Below, in pieces: positions 52,501-62,671 of a DNA stretch of 64,000 bases. The notes under the pieces are model-generated. The model was not told the DNA's origin and made no database searches. It was given only the letters and a program-made list of their open reading frames with translations. The translations under genes were made by a program, and so were the position numbers. The DNA comes from Pristiophorus japonicus (taxonomy: Eukaryota): NCBI RefSeq assembly GCF_044704955.1, contig NC_091993.1, positions 21,762,001 to 21,826,000 of the forward strand, given 5' to 3'. The number at the start of each line of letters is the position of its first letter. Within the stretch, counting starts at the first letter, position 1.

Positions 52501-53312
52501 CTGTTGTGCTGTAGGGTTAGCTGTTGGTAGTAATTGACATTCTAGTTTAGCAGTTGCTGTGGCTCAGAGGAATGTGGCAACATTAAAGAATATTGAAAGC
52601 TCGCTTGGAAATTCATCTGACCTAACAAGGGGTCCTGTGTTCAATTTCTGCTCTCTGCTGAGTTGGCTGATCTCTGCCACTGGGCTAGGAGTGTTTTTAA
52701 AAAAAAAAAATCAGCTATGATTTGTGCTTCTGATTACTATCCAGTCACCCTTGATAGAAAGTGCCTGCATGTTAATGTCGAGTGAGTGCAGAGGATTGGG
52801 TTAGGCTGTGATGCTTCCATAGTGGAATAGTCTGCCAATGGCTATTCTCTACATTTTACGTGGTCAGATATTCGAGCACTGTCTGTCGTAATGGAAATGT
52901 TTCCCAAATGGAATTTATACTTTCGGGTGGGGGAAGAAAACTGGCAGCAATGAATACTGTAGTGCCTGTCCATACACTGCCTGGTGTGTAAACCGCAACA
53001 ACAACGACTTGTATTTATATAGCGCCTTTAACGTAGTAAAACATCCCAAGGTGATTCATAGGCGTGTTATCGAATATAATTTGACACTGAGCCACAGAAG
53101 GAGAAATTAGGACAGGAAGAGGTAGGTTTTAAGGAGTGTCTTAAAGGAGGAAAGAGAGTTCCAAGTTTCTACCACTCTTTGCATGTAAAAGTGTTTCCTA
53201 AATTCACTCCTAAAATAAATTGCACAAGTTACTCTGAAGCTTTCATGTTTAATTTAATGGCTGGCTATCACTCAAATGATCTTGCCTCTCTGTTTTCTGA
53301 CACCACCACTCA

Positions 53313-53343
<31 letters not shown>

Positions 53344-56300
53344 TCCCCCACCCCCATAGAGGTTACAAAAGTGAGAAGGAACCTATTTAATCGGGAAAAT
53401 TTGTCTCCGAGGAAGAAATCGAAGATGCCAAAAAGCCAGTCTGTGTCGATTGTTGAGGGAGTGAGGCACCGGCACGGTGAAGGAACAACTGATAACGGTA
53501 AAGATACATGAAGTTATGTTGTTGAACTGACTATATTTAAATATATTGTCGACCATTTATCTCCCCATTTTCAGTTTGCATCTGCTGCTATGATTGCTAA
53601 TGACACCTCCAGCCAGAGGTGCTTTAAGCAGAAATGTTACTTTATAAGCTTCTTCCCTTTACACTCTTGTGCAAAGCAGCACTCTAGTGGCTTGCTATGT
53701 GTGACCGTTTAACGCTTTAGATGTGAGTTCACTGCTATAATACTGTAGGATGTTTTTCTTTCCTCTTGTGGCGCTGATTCTTATTTGGGTACAATTGCCA
53801 GGTCACCTTTAGCTCTCCCTGCCCTATGACTCGAGTGAAGAATGGCTGGTACAGTGAATGGCAGACTTTGAATTTGGATTTATTGCATCTAGGTCTAATA
53901 TCTGTGTGTGCACTTTCCCGCAGGAGTCACTAGATATCAAGTGGGAGTCCAGGCTTACTCATTTCCCTGTCTCCAAAGCTTAGGTAGCGCTCTGGATGAG
54001 ATGAGCTAACTCAGCACAGACATGATCAACTTAACTTCATAAATATATTTACAGATTGACCTTGGAGAGAGTGCAGCATATATTTACCAGAATGATACCT
54101 GGACTCCACGGGTTAAATTACGAGGAGAGATTACACAAACTAGGGTCTTTTTCCGGGGAATTTAGACGGTTAAGCGGTGATTTGATCAAAGTTTTCAAGA
54201 GGGAAACTGATGGGGTAGATAGCGAGAAACTATTTCCGCTGGTTGGGAAGTCTAGGATTCAGGGAGCATAGTCTAGAAATTAGATCCAGACCTTTCAGAA
54301 GTGAAGTTGGGATACACTTCTATACATAAAGGGTGGTAGAAGTTTGGAAACTGCAAACTGAATTTTTTGAAGAGGTAACAATGGCAATGCAGTAGATGTA
54401 CTTTATCTGGATTTTCAAATGGCCTTCAATAAGGTACCCCATAATAGACTTGATGAACAAGGTCAGAGACTGTGGAGTCAGGGGACAAGTAGCAGAATAG
54501 ATAGTTATCTGGCTTCAAGACAGAAAGCAGAGAGTAGCAGTAAAGTGTAGCTATTCACAGTGGCAGGAGGTGGGTCGTGGTGTCCCACAAGGATCAGTGC
54601 TGGGAACACTGCTGTTCACAATTTACATTAACGATTTGGACTTTGGAATCTAAGCACAATTTGCGGATGACAACAAATTAGGGGGAATAGTCAATACCGA
54701 GGAGGACTGCAGCAAATTGCAGGAGGATATTGTTGAACTTCATTTGCCAATTATATGCCCATTCTGCAAGTTTATTACAGATAAATGTGAGGTATTGCAT
54801 TTTGGTAGGAAGAATAGGGAACTCTCATATTACTTGGAGGGTGTGAATCTAGGTGGGGTAGAAGAACAATGGGATCTTGGAGTAGAAATACACAAATCAC
54901 TAAAAGTTGCGACACAGGCTAAAAAAAGCAAACCAAGCACAAGGGTTTATTTCTAGAGGTATAGAATTGAAAAGTAGGGAAGTTATGCTAAACCTTGGTT
55001 AGACCACACTTGGAGTACTGTGTACAGTTCTAGTCGCCATAATATAAAAAGGATATAGCGGCATTGGAGAGGGTGCAGAGAAGATTTCCAAGGATGATAC
55101 CAGAAAGGCAAGGGTATACATATCTGGAAAGGATGAAACTGGGTCTCTTTTGTCTTGAAAAAAGGCTGAGGGATGACCTAATAGAAGTCTTTAAAATTGA
55201 AAGGTTTTGATAGAGTGGATACAGAGAGAGTGTTTCCATTTGTGGGGAAGGGCATAACGAGAGGTCATCAATATAAGATAGTCACCAAGAAATCCAATAG
55301 GGAACTCAGAAAAAACTTTTCTACCCAGAGTGGTGAGAATGTGGAACTTGTTACCACAGAGAATGGTTGAAGCGAATAGTATAGATGCATTTAAGGGAAG
55401 GTTGGATAAGCATATGAGAGAGAAGGGAATAGAGATTATGCTGATCGATTTTAGATGAGGAAAGACAGGAAGAGGCTCGAGTGGAGCATGGACTGGTTGG
55501 GCCGAATGGCCTGTTTCTGTCTCGTATATCCTATGTAAATGGCAATTGATGCTGGGTCAATGGTTAATTTTAATTCTGAGATTTTTGTTAACCAAAGATA
55601 TTGAGGGATATTTGACACAGATGGGTATATGGAGTTAAGTCGCAGATCAGCCGTGATCGCATTGAATGGCGGAACAGGCTCAAAGACCATTTAGGCCTAC
55701 TCCTGTTACTATAAACATACATACGATGAAACATTGCGATTTATTTTATTTAAGCTTGTTGAGTCATTTTTGGTTAGTTTTACAATGGCTCTTAAATCTA
55801 CTTAACAAGGAAAGGGAATAAGTTGAATATATTTTGCTTTTTTAGGTCATCGGAAATTACTGACTAAGAAGGTGACTGAGACCCCGCTTCACAAACAGGT
55901 GTCACGCCGACTCTTGCACAAGCAGATTAGAGGGAGGTGTGTGACCATATGCAGAATAAAATGCAATTATCTTTTGATTACTTGTTTGAATACACCAGTA
56001 ATTAAAATATATAATGAGGGAAAGGTTCTCTTTTTAGTTATGTAAACGATCTTAAATGAAAATGATGTTTCATGTCTTTCTTTCTGCAGGTGCTCTGAGT
56101 CTGGTTCTGATGTTAGTATTGTGGAAGAATCTCCAGAGAAAGCACTGTCTGCTGGTAAGTCTTTGAGCAATGAATCGAGTATTTCATTTACTGTTCATGC
56201 ACTTTAAAGTCACTAAATTAAATTTCACAAACTAACAATGTTAAGTCCTATCATTGAAGTAAAGAATGGTACAAAGTAATAAAAAAAAAAAGAACCAGAG

Positions 56301-59300
56301 GTGATTTGAGGAGAATTTCTTTTTATGCTGCGAGTTATGACAGAGCGGAAGCAGCTTCAGTAATTACTTTCGAAAGGGAATTAGATAAATACTTGAGGGG
56401 GAAAGATTTGCAAAGCTATGGGGAAAGGGCAGGGGAGTGGGATTAATTGGATAGTTCTTTCAAAGAGCTGACACAGGCACGATGGGCCAAATGGCCATCA
56501 CCTGTGCTCTGATTCTATGAAATGTAGACCAAGGACAGATGATTTGCTTCTGAGTTAGAAAGCTAGTTAGCTTAGGTGATCGACTGAGTTGTGATGTATA
56601 TTTAGATTAGAAGAGATTCCCAAGTGGGTGATCCAGTTCAGAGAAACCATATTGCTGGCCATATGAACTCAGAATATTACTTCAAGGTCAGTCAGGCAAT
56701 TGGGACAAGAGGAGATAAATTGAAATTGGTGACAAATATAAAAACAGGGTGCTAAATATTTGAATCTATGACTGTACCTGCAAAATTATTTTAGACATTA
56801 GGGGAGTTCACAATGTAGCTTTCATTTCTTATGGTGAGCAGCAGCAATCTCGCATGATTGAAGTATCTGATCACATTTTGAATGTGGTCTAAGTGATCTT
56901 AATTAAATGACAATTTTTATCCTGTTTCCTGAAATTATTCCTGAAACATTAAATATGAAATTACTTATTTTAACCTCGAAAAAAAGTTTTCCCTTCCTTA
57001 TATAGTTATTCCTTGTGTGTAGACCTAAATCTGAGGAGGAGCCCACGCATCAGGAAGGTGTCTCTTGCCAGAAGTCATTCGAGTTCTTTCTACTCTGGTT
57101 CATGCCCAGTGTCTCGGAGTCTGGAGCGAGTCCATTCATTGTCACAAATACAGGCCAGGAAAGCACAAAGAGCAGGTAATCCATGTTAGAATTACTTCCA
57201 AGTAGTAAACAATTTGGGCTAGACTTTCCCTGAGAGCCCCTAAACGCCCGATTGCCCAGCCAGAAAAACCGCTAATGTTTTGCAACTAATGCTGGAGAAT
57301 TTCCATCATTAAGTTAAAAATAATCGCCTGGCAAGAAAATGGATCTTGCACCAGTATTCTCAGCGGCTAAAGGCGAAACTAAGTGAAACAGGTGGTTCTT
57401 AAAATTTTGTTAAAATTTATTCCGAGGCTGCGGTTGGGCCTAGGGAGTGGGGGAAACTCTTTTTTTTTTAAATGTCACCAAAAAAAAGTTTAAAAAAACA
57501 TTCCCAAGACAGTTTTAAGGTTAATCGTCGTTTTACAATTAAAAAAAACAAGAACCTTTAACTCGCCTTTCTTTGCAGAGTACTCCCCTACCGCCCTGTT
57601 TAAGCTGCTTTCACAGGGCGGTTCCTTGGCGATTGTCTCGGCGGTTTGTTCTCGGCAGGCCCTTCGAGATTTGGGCGGTACCATTCAAAAAGTAAGGAGG
57701 CAACTTTTGCTGGGCGGTTTCTCTCCCAAAAACAGCAGTATTGCTGAGCAAACCGCCGAAAATGAAAGTGAAGGTGGAAGTCTAGCCCAATGTACATCTA
57801 TCCATGTTGCTTTTGAAAAGTGGGCGAATTGTTCATCTCTAGGTCACAAACTCAGCAAATCTTTATTTGGTTTGTTGAAGTTGATTTTTTTATTAAGTGG
57901 GCATGATAAGAAGACTCAAGTTTTGATTTTATAAACATTTAAAAAAAAAAAATTGTCAAACAGTTGATTGTGTATTTAGCAATTTCATTTCCTTCTCCCC
58001 TCTCCCTACCCCCTCTTTTGATACAGTTCCTTGGGCACCAGACTTGACTTGAAGGGTCATCAACCTGAAACGTTAACTCTGTTTTTCTCTCCACAGATGC
58101 TGCCTGACCCGCTGAGATTTCCAACATTTTCTGTTTTTATTTCAGGCTCCAGCATCCGCAGTATTTTGCTTTTGTAGACTCTGCATGTTGGTGGGCTATT
58201 TCATAATTGGGGGCATCACCTTTAAGCCTGCTTCTATTCTTATCTGACATCGATGTGAACTTCACAAGAAAGGGTCACTGGACCCAGGCGGGTTGTTTTG
58301 ATGCATAGTTCAGGGGTCCGAAGGGTAACTTTATTCCACCAACTAAAATTCCTGTCCAGCTGAGGTCAATTAACTCGGCACATACCAGGAACCGAACCTA
58401 AGAATTTCTGATCTCTGGCAATGCCGTTAACCACCATGCCACTAGAGAGCAAGCATTATGTTTAACAATCTTTTAAAAATTGTTTTTGAATACCTTTCTA
58501 ATGAAACATTATGGAAAATCATTGTTTGGGTGTACATTTGCTTTTTTTTTTAAAACAGTGGAACATGGAAAATAAGCTGCGTACACAAATATTGGCTTCA
58601 TTCAGTTGATAACGCTCTTGTCTGAGTCAAGGCTGGGGTTTGAGGCCCAATCTAGGGTGACACTAATGCAGTACAGAAGGAGTGTTATATTTATAACTAG
58701 TGACTTCCTTCAGATGACCTGTGAAAGGGATGCCAGTTCAGTGAATGATAACAGTACCATGCAATTATTCAAAGAACAGGGAATTTCCAAACTATTGGCC
58801 AGAATTAGTCTCTGAACCAGGACTACCAAAATAAAAACAACTGGCCATTCATCGCATTTGTGGGGTTGTGCTGTGTGAAAATGGCACAGCTATTGCCCAG
58901 AAAACAAAAGTTATCTGTGCTTCAAAGTAGATCATTGTATGTAAAACACAGATGTTCCAGACAAGGCACTGCATAAATATAAGTCTTTAGTATTGTAGAA
59001 TTGGTATTCAAACTTTGCATGCATTAAAAGCGAATGTTTCTACTGCACGTAATTAACTTGGTCTCTTCTCTTTAGACAAACGAACCATCCAGTCTCCAAA
59101 TCGGCTTCTCTTTGGTGCTGTACATGGCCTCATCAGTCCTAAAGAAAAGCGGTCCTCAAAAAGCTATTATTCAGCCTCTCAGAGATTATTGGTCGTTCAG
59201 GTATGATGGAACTTAGAAATTTTACTCAAGAGGAGGAAAAAAATAAAAGCAGATGTGCTATTGGGGTGGGGGAAATTGATCGGAAAAATGAAGTGGGTTT

Positions 59301-62300
59301 TTCCCTCTCCTGCCGCCTTCCCACTTGTGTGCTTTCTTGCAGTATAGATGGATTATTTTCTCTGAAAGCAGTGCTAAATATTTGATTCAGAAGATCATAG
59401 CTGCTTTCTGTGAACACTAAAGTTTTGAAAGTTAATACCCTTAATGTAAAGATGGTGCAAATGCTGATAACTGGGTGCTTGGAATGAAAAGTATTCAATT
59501 CCTCAGTAATCGCATCCTTTAACCTGAGCATAAAAATTAACTGTCACAAATTGTAGTAAATGTTACATTCCACTAGTAGAGCTAATACTATTTAAAGGGA
59601 AAGGACTGAATATCTGGAGAATAAGCTTTAGGTTGCTAGTTTAGTTTGCACGTTATTAGCAGTAGGAATATTGACTGACAATTTTTTAGTCAGAATCTTG
59701 CTAGTTAGCTGACATTTTATCTTTAGACCTGTCAACTTTTTGTGAAAGCTTGGGACTAATGAATTGTTGGCAATTCCATTTTAATAGCTGTCTCGTGAAT
59801 GCCCTCAGGATCCAAAGCCAACTCCTGAGCAACTGCTGAGATCTCCGGACAAGAGCAAAACCACCCAAAAATCCCCACGAACACCCCACTGTTTGACACC
59901 AAGGAAGAAAGTAAAGAACTCCAAGAGTCCAGCAGCAAGAAATCACACCAACAGTTACTTAAGTAAAGGGCCTTCGCCATGGAAAATGGTAACAGATTCA
60001 CAATTTCAGTCGCCTAGGCGAAGTGAGCGTCTGATTAAAGTAACGCCCAACAAAGGTGCTTCACTCTGGAAAATGGAAGTCCAATCCCCGTTTAAATCCC
60101 CTTCCACAGTTAGTGGGCATCGAATGCTGACATCTCCTTGCAAGGACCATTCGTCAGTCAAACCATCTTTCAGACGGAGTGAGCGCTTAGCATCTCCTTG
60201 CAGAAACAACTCAACAGTAAATGTTCTTGCTGTGTCTTCAAAAACTGTAGAATTTGCCTCCCAAGTGAAAACACCGGGGGAAAGTGTAACTGTGTTGAAT
60301 AGTCCAGGAAGGGTGTCAAAAAAACAATCTCCAACCTATTCGATCGCTACTTTGTCAAAAGATAAACCATCAATCCCTTGTACACAAGGAAAAGTAAAGT
60401 TAAGGAAATCAAAATCTGATGAGTCGTTCATCTCTCACACTCCAATGAAATGTTTTGCAGTTTCTCCCCGAAAAACGTGGACGCCAAAGCCTTCGAAGAG
60501 GCCTGCTGACAAAGAACTCAATTTGTGCTCACCAAATGAGAGCACATCTCAGAAAGAAAATGGAAGCACCCCTTCTACACCAAGGAGTATCTGGAAAGCC
60601 AGTGCTCAAACACCCCTGGAAACTTCAGCGATGACCCGATCGCTGTGTAAAGTGCATACGCCAGCTAGACTTGGTGCAATGCAGGTTACAAGCCCAGTAA
60701 GAAAAAGAATTGGGTTTCATGCTACACTGTCAAAATCGGAGATGATGACACCATCAAAATATACAGCAACACCACCTAAAAGCCCGATAAGGACACGATC
60801 AATGTTTAATGTAACACCATCAAAAGCTGAGGTGACAAATCTGTCTGAATATCCTGCAACATCTCCACACCTCATATCCCCAAAAATAAGGACTGGGCTT
60901 AATATTGTATTCTCAAAAGTTGATCAGAAGATCCTGTCTAAATATAACTCCACACCACCCAAAAGCCAAATAAAGACTCGGTCGTCATCCACACCTCGTT
61001 CAACACCGCCACATCTTAAAACTCCCCTGAGATCAAGGTCTTGGTCTAACATTACATCATCTAAACATGATGTGAGTACGCCATCTAAATCAAGGCCAAC
61101 ACTGCGTACACCACTCAGATCAACTTCTAGGAGTGAAGCAGTTATTGTATCCCCAGAAAAAAACAGAAGCACAATTTACAATGTACAGAGCAAGTCTCCA
61201 AAGAACCACAAGGCATTTGACACATCTAAGAGTGAACATGGCTTGCAAGAATCCAGTTTGTGGGTGAGTATATCTCAAGGAAACATTGTGATCCCTAACA
61301 ATTATGAAAGCTGTGTGACCAACCAAACCATTTCTGATAGTTGGCCAACAGCAATCAGCAATAACTTATGGAATCTTGAAGAGCACTCTTCTCAGCACAC
61401 AGTTTCCGAACTTGTTTCCAATGTCAGTTTGATATCGGAAAGACTGGATTCATCATCTTTGGCGAGTACAACAGATTCCGGTGCAGCTAGCTCTCAAACA
61501 GAAGAGGGTAGCGACATCTCTCAGGTGAGACTTGTACAAAGTGAAAGCTCTGGCTTGAAAATGAAGTTTGCCGTGCTGAGAAAAGCATCCGATCCTAGTG
61601 TTTTTAACTCTGCACTTGCTACTAAATCTCCCGTGCTTCAAAAGGAATCCATGTCTTATGAATTCCGCTGGACTCCAGACAGGAGGCAAAGACTCGCAGC
61701 TGCACAGCAACAGATGCCTGAAGTTCCCAGGAAAAGCTCAACTCCAAAGGGTCAGAGTTGGCCACCTATGCCAACCTATGAGGTTGAGCTGGAAATGCAA
61801 GACTCTGGACTTCCCAAACTTCGATTCAAGCGGACAAATTCCAGTGCAGTGATTAGCCCACAGCTGCAGCGCTCTGTCACCAAAAGCAATAGTAGTCCTC
61901 CCTCGGTCTGTGTAAAGAAGAGCCGGTGTGAAAGCCCATTAGGTGAGAGAAGTGCACCGCGATGTGTTAAGCATTCAGGCAAAACAGAAGGAGGCCATGT
62001 ATCCCCATCATTTTGTTTCCATAGTTCCCACAGCACTCCAGCAAAGGCTACTCCCAGGAAAGGTGGGGTACAGACTTACATCTGCCAGTCATATACTCCA
62101 ACCCAGTGCTCCTCTAGCACTTCCTCTCCATCACAAACTGATCTGGGAGCTGTCCCCTGGACCCCTTCGCCCACACACAAGAACAGGCCCTCCCAAACAC
62201 CAGATGCCATCAAGAACTGGCCACGAAAGAAGAAAGCAGCCACAACTCCACTTAGTGGGAAGAGGCAGAAGAAGGGAGAGCCTACTGCTATGCAGAAGGA

Positions 62301-62671
62301 AGATAACTTTTATACAGAACACTACAGCAACAAAGCTATGCCTTTGGAAGAGGTTGAAATGGAAGGAGTGAGCAGGTTACAAGATCAATCCCCTAGTATC
62401 GAATGGGACCAAAGATTTCCAGATAGTCCAGTGGAAAAGTTTGGCCTTCGGTCCAGAAAACGTGGAAGTTGTTTTACATCTCCCGCGCTGGAAAAAGAAA
62501 GAGAAGCTAAAAAGCACAGGGGGCCAAATTTGCCTGCAACCTCTCCAGGTACGGGATTTACATTGGAAGAGAAGCAGGCGGAGCAGTCTCAATCCAGCTC
62601 TTTCACTCCTTTTCTCAAAACTTTTACGTGGCAGCCTTCAGTTGAAGATGAGTCAGTCTTCAGTAGTCCAG
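24956..62671 (+). CDS. TICRR: Treslin (TOPBP1-interacting checkpoint and replication regulator), exons 1-20, 3' end outside window
   Basis: 20 GT-AG exons splice in frame (6187 nt). Motifs recognised from human TICRR: [102 protein letters not shown]. In-frame TGA at 24944 precedes the ATG. Confidence 0.97.
25640..26020 (-). mobile_element. Deu-domain SINE carrying a short RTE 3' insertion (~25785-25887)
   Basis: SINE tail AAAGATTTGCATTTCTATAGCGCC. The insert ATCATCATAGGCAGTCCCTCGGAATC matches 4298-4400. Confidence 0.75.
26055..26145 (-). mobile_element. Penelope-like element terminal remnant
   Basis: Reverse complement of the 37360-37490 and 58044-58176 motif (CAGATGCTGCCTGACCTGCTGAG). Confidence 0.6.
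26180..27750 (+). mobile_element. L2 LINE 3' portion (RT domain), decayed
   Basis: [42 protein letters not shown]; L2 tail. Confidence 0.9.
27805..28233 (+). mobile_element. Deu-domain SINE
   Basis: TAGCTCAGTTGG, GGTTCAAGTCC, Deu core and tail. Confidence 0.8.
28293..28446. mobile_element. hAT-type MITE (CAATGTTCCC family)
   Basis: Ends CAATGTTACC / GGGAAGGTTG; TSD CTCTCTAC / CTCTCTAT; lies inside an L2 tail. Confidence 0.78.
28656..29340 (+). mobile_element. Deu-domain SINE interrupted by a ~300-bp unknown insert
   Basis: Head TGGCTCAGTTGGTAGCACTCTT; the body resumes at ~29003. Confidence 0.6.
29515..29850 (+). mobile_element. CR1 3' fragment
   Basis: GGTGATCTAATTCAGGTGTTCAAG...CATGATCTAATTGAATGGTGGAACAGGCTTGAGGGGCTGAATGG. 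Confidence 0.7.
30864..31191 (+). CDS. TICRR: TICRR exon 2
   Basis: TAG|TTC; [17 protein letters not shown]...; donor G|GTAATT; phase consistent. Confidence 0.88.
32112..32485 (-). mobile_element. tRNA-derived SINE sharing its 3' tail with the 18755 LINE family, nested in a Deu SINE (31850-32520)
   Basis: GGCAAGGCCAGCATTTATTGCCCATCCCTAATTGCCCTCGAGAAGG tail; tRNA-like head at the right end; shorter copy at ~41472-41610. Confidence 0.7.
32600..32835 (+). CDS. TICRR: TICRR exon 3
   Basis: CAG|GA; [14 protein letters not shown]...; donor GTG|GTGGGT. Confidence 0.85.
33118..33358 (+). CDS. TICRR: TICRR exon 4
   Basis: TAG|GTT; VADV...[15 protein letters not shown]; donor CAG|GTGAGA. Confidence 0.88.
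34834..37070 (-). mobile_element. CR1 LINE, 5'-truncated, ~2.2 kb
   Basis: RT motifs [35 protein letters not shown]; (AGAAACAT) tail. Confidence 0.93.
37360..37490 (+). mobile_element. Penelope-like terminal remnant with hammerhead ribozyme core
   Basis: CTGATGA-AAGATCATCAGCCC-GAAA-TGTTAAC followed by the repeated CAGATGCTGCCTGACC motif. Confidence 0.65.
38323..38455 (+). CDS. TICRR: TICRR exon 5
   Basis: DWVQLEL...[21 protein letters not shown]; donor AG|GTAAAT. The TAGAAG acceptor could shift the start to 38326. Confidence 0.9.
38556..38692 (+). CDS. TICRR: TICRR exon 6
   Basis: [10 protein letters not shown]...LAEFYQKKS; donor T|GTATGT. Confidence 0.88.
39131..39334 (+). CDS. TICRR: TICRR exon 7
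   Basis: [31 protein letters not shown]; donor G|GTATGT. Confidence 0.92.
39681..39834. mobile_element. hAT-type MITE (CAATGTTCCC family)
   Basis: Ends CAATGTTCCT / GGGAACATTG; perfect 8-bp TSD GTTGAGAC. Confidence 0.88.
40141..40292 (+). CDS. TICRR: TICRR exon 8
   Basis: [18 protein letters not shown]...; donor GAG|GTATTA. Confidence 0.9.
41092..41192 (+). CDS. TICRR: TICRR exon 9
   Basis: [26 protein letters not shown]; donor GA|GTGAGT. Confidence 0.9.
41902..41995 (+). CDS. TICRR: TICRR exon 10
   Basis: [23 protein letters not shown]; donor GAA|GTGAGT. Confidence 0.92.
42370..43394 (+). mobile_element. CR1 LINE 3' fragment
   Basis: [20 protein letters not shown]; TTCTTATGTTCTTA tail. 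Confidence 0.9.
43762..44382. mobile_element. Two Deu-domain SINE halves, tail-to-tail (+ 43762-43980; - 44070-44382)
   Basis: CCCATGGCACTATTT...TATATAAATGCAAG, then its reverse complement ~90 bp downstream. Confidence 0.75.
44907..44989 (+). CDS. TICRR: TICRR exon 11
   Basis: [27 protein letters not shown]; donor GT|GTAAGT. Confidence 0.9.
46090..46326 (+). CDS. TICRR: TICRR exon 12
   Basis: [13 protein letters not shown]...[12 protein letters not shown]...[11 protein letters not shown]; donor AG|GTGCTG. Confidence 0.9.
46840..47200 (+). mobile_element. CR1 3' fragment
   Basis: GAGATGAGGAGGAATTTCTTCACTC...CCATGATATTGAATGGCGGAGCAGG. Confidence 0.75.
47776..47863 (+). CDS. TICRR: TICRR exon 13
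   Basis: [25 protein letters not shown]; donor AGG|GTAAGT. Confidence 0.9.
48215..49240 (+). mobile_element. CR1 LINE 3' fragment (same subfamily as 34834-37070), inserted into a minus-strand CR1
   Basis: [26 protein letters not shown]; TTCTATGTTTCT tail. The host CR1 lies at ~48155-48195 and 49243-50020. Confidence 0.92.
49243..50020 (-). mobile_element. CR1 3' fragment
   Basis: [17 protein letters not shown] on the minus strand. Confidence 0.85.
50303..50381 (+). CDS. TICRR: TICRR exon 14
   Basis: [26 protein letters not shown]; phases 0/1 fit the neighbours; donor G|GTACGA. Confidence 0.8.
50797..50939. mobile_element. hAT-type MITE (CAATGTTCCC family)
   Basis: TIR CAATGTTCCCATT / AATGGGAACATTG; TSD CTTCTGAT / CTTCTGAC. 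Confidence 0.88.
53360..53497 (+). CDS. TICRR: TICRR exon 15
   Basis: [25 protein letters not shown]; (CT)n tract before the acceptor; donor G|GTAAAG. Confidence 0.9.
54055..55712 (+). mobile_element. Nested CR1 fragments
   Basis: An outer CR1 (54055-54350, resuming ~55540-55712) flanks an inner CR1 (54360-55538) with RT motifs ([15 protein letters not shown]). Confidence 0.8.
55846..55936 (+). CDS. TICRR: TICRR exon 16 (CDK site equivalent to human T969)
   Basis: [29 protein letters not shown]; donor AG|GTGTGT. Confidence 0.92.
56090..56154 (+). CDS. TICRR: TICRR exon 17 (CDK site equivalent to human S1001)
   Basis: [17 protein letters not shown]; donor G|GTAAGT. Confidence 0.92.
56290..56520 (+). 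mobile_element. CR1 3' end
   Basis: Matches the 3' UTR of 11268-11856; GATTCTATGA tail. Confidence 0.7.
57023..57175 (+). CDS. TICRR: TICRR exon 18
   Basis: [32 protein letters not shown]; donor G|GTAATC. Confidence 0.9.
57216..57788. mobile_element. Non-autonomous DNA transposon (PIF/Harbinger-like MITE)
   Basis: TIRs GGGCTAGACTTTCC / GGAAGTCTAGCCC; CpG-rich interior; TSD not clean. Confidence 0.7.
58044..58176 (+). mobile_element. Penelope-like terminal remnant
   Basis: GAAGGGTCATCAACCTGAAACGTTAACTCTG...CAGATGCTGCCTGACCCGCTGAG; homologous to 37360-37490. Confidence 0.7.
58590..58990 (+). mobile_element. Degenerate Deu-domain SINE
   Basis: Diverged head, Deu core and ATAAATATAAGTCTT tail. 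Confidence 0.55.
59076..59200 (+). CDS. TICRR: TICRR exon 19
   Basis: [21 protein letters not shown]; donor CAG|GTATGA. Confidence 0.88.
59788..62671 (+). CDS. TICRR: TICRR exon 20 (2884 nt, S/T-P-rich disordered region)
   Basis: TAG|CTG in frame with ORF 59893-62718; contains [35 protein letters not shown]; probable donor G|GTGATT. Confidence 0.88.
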
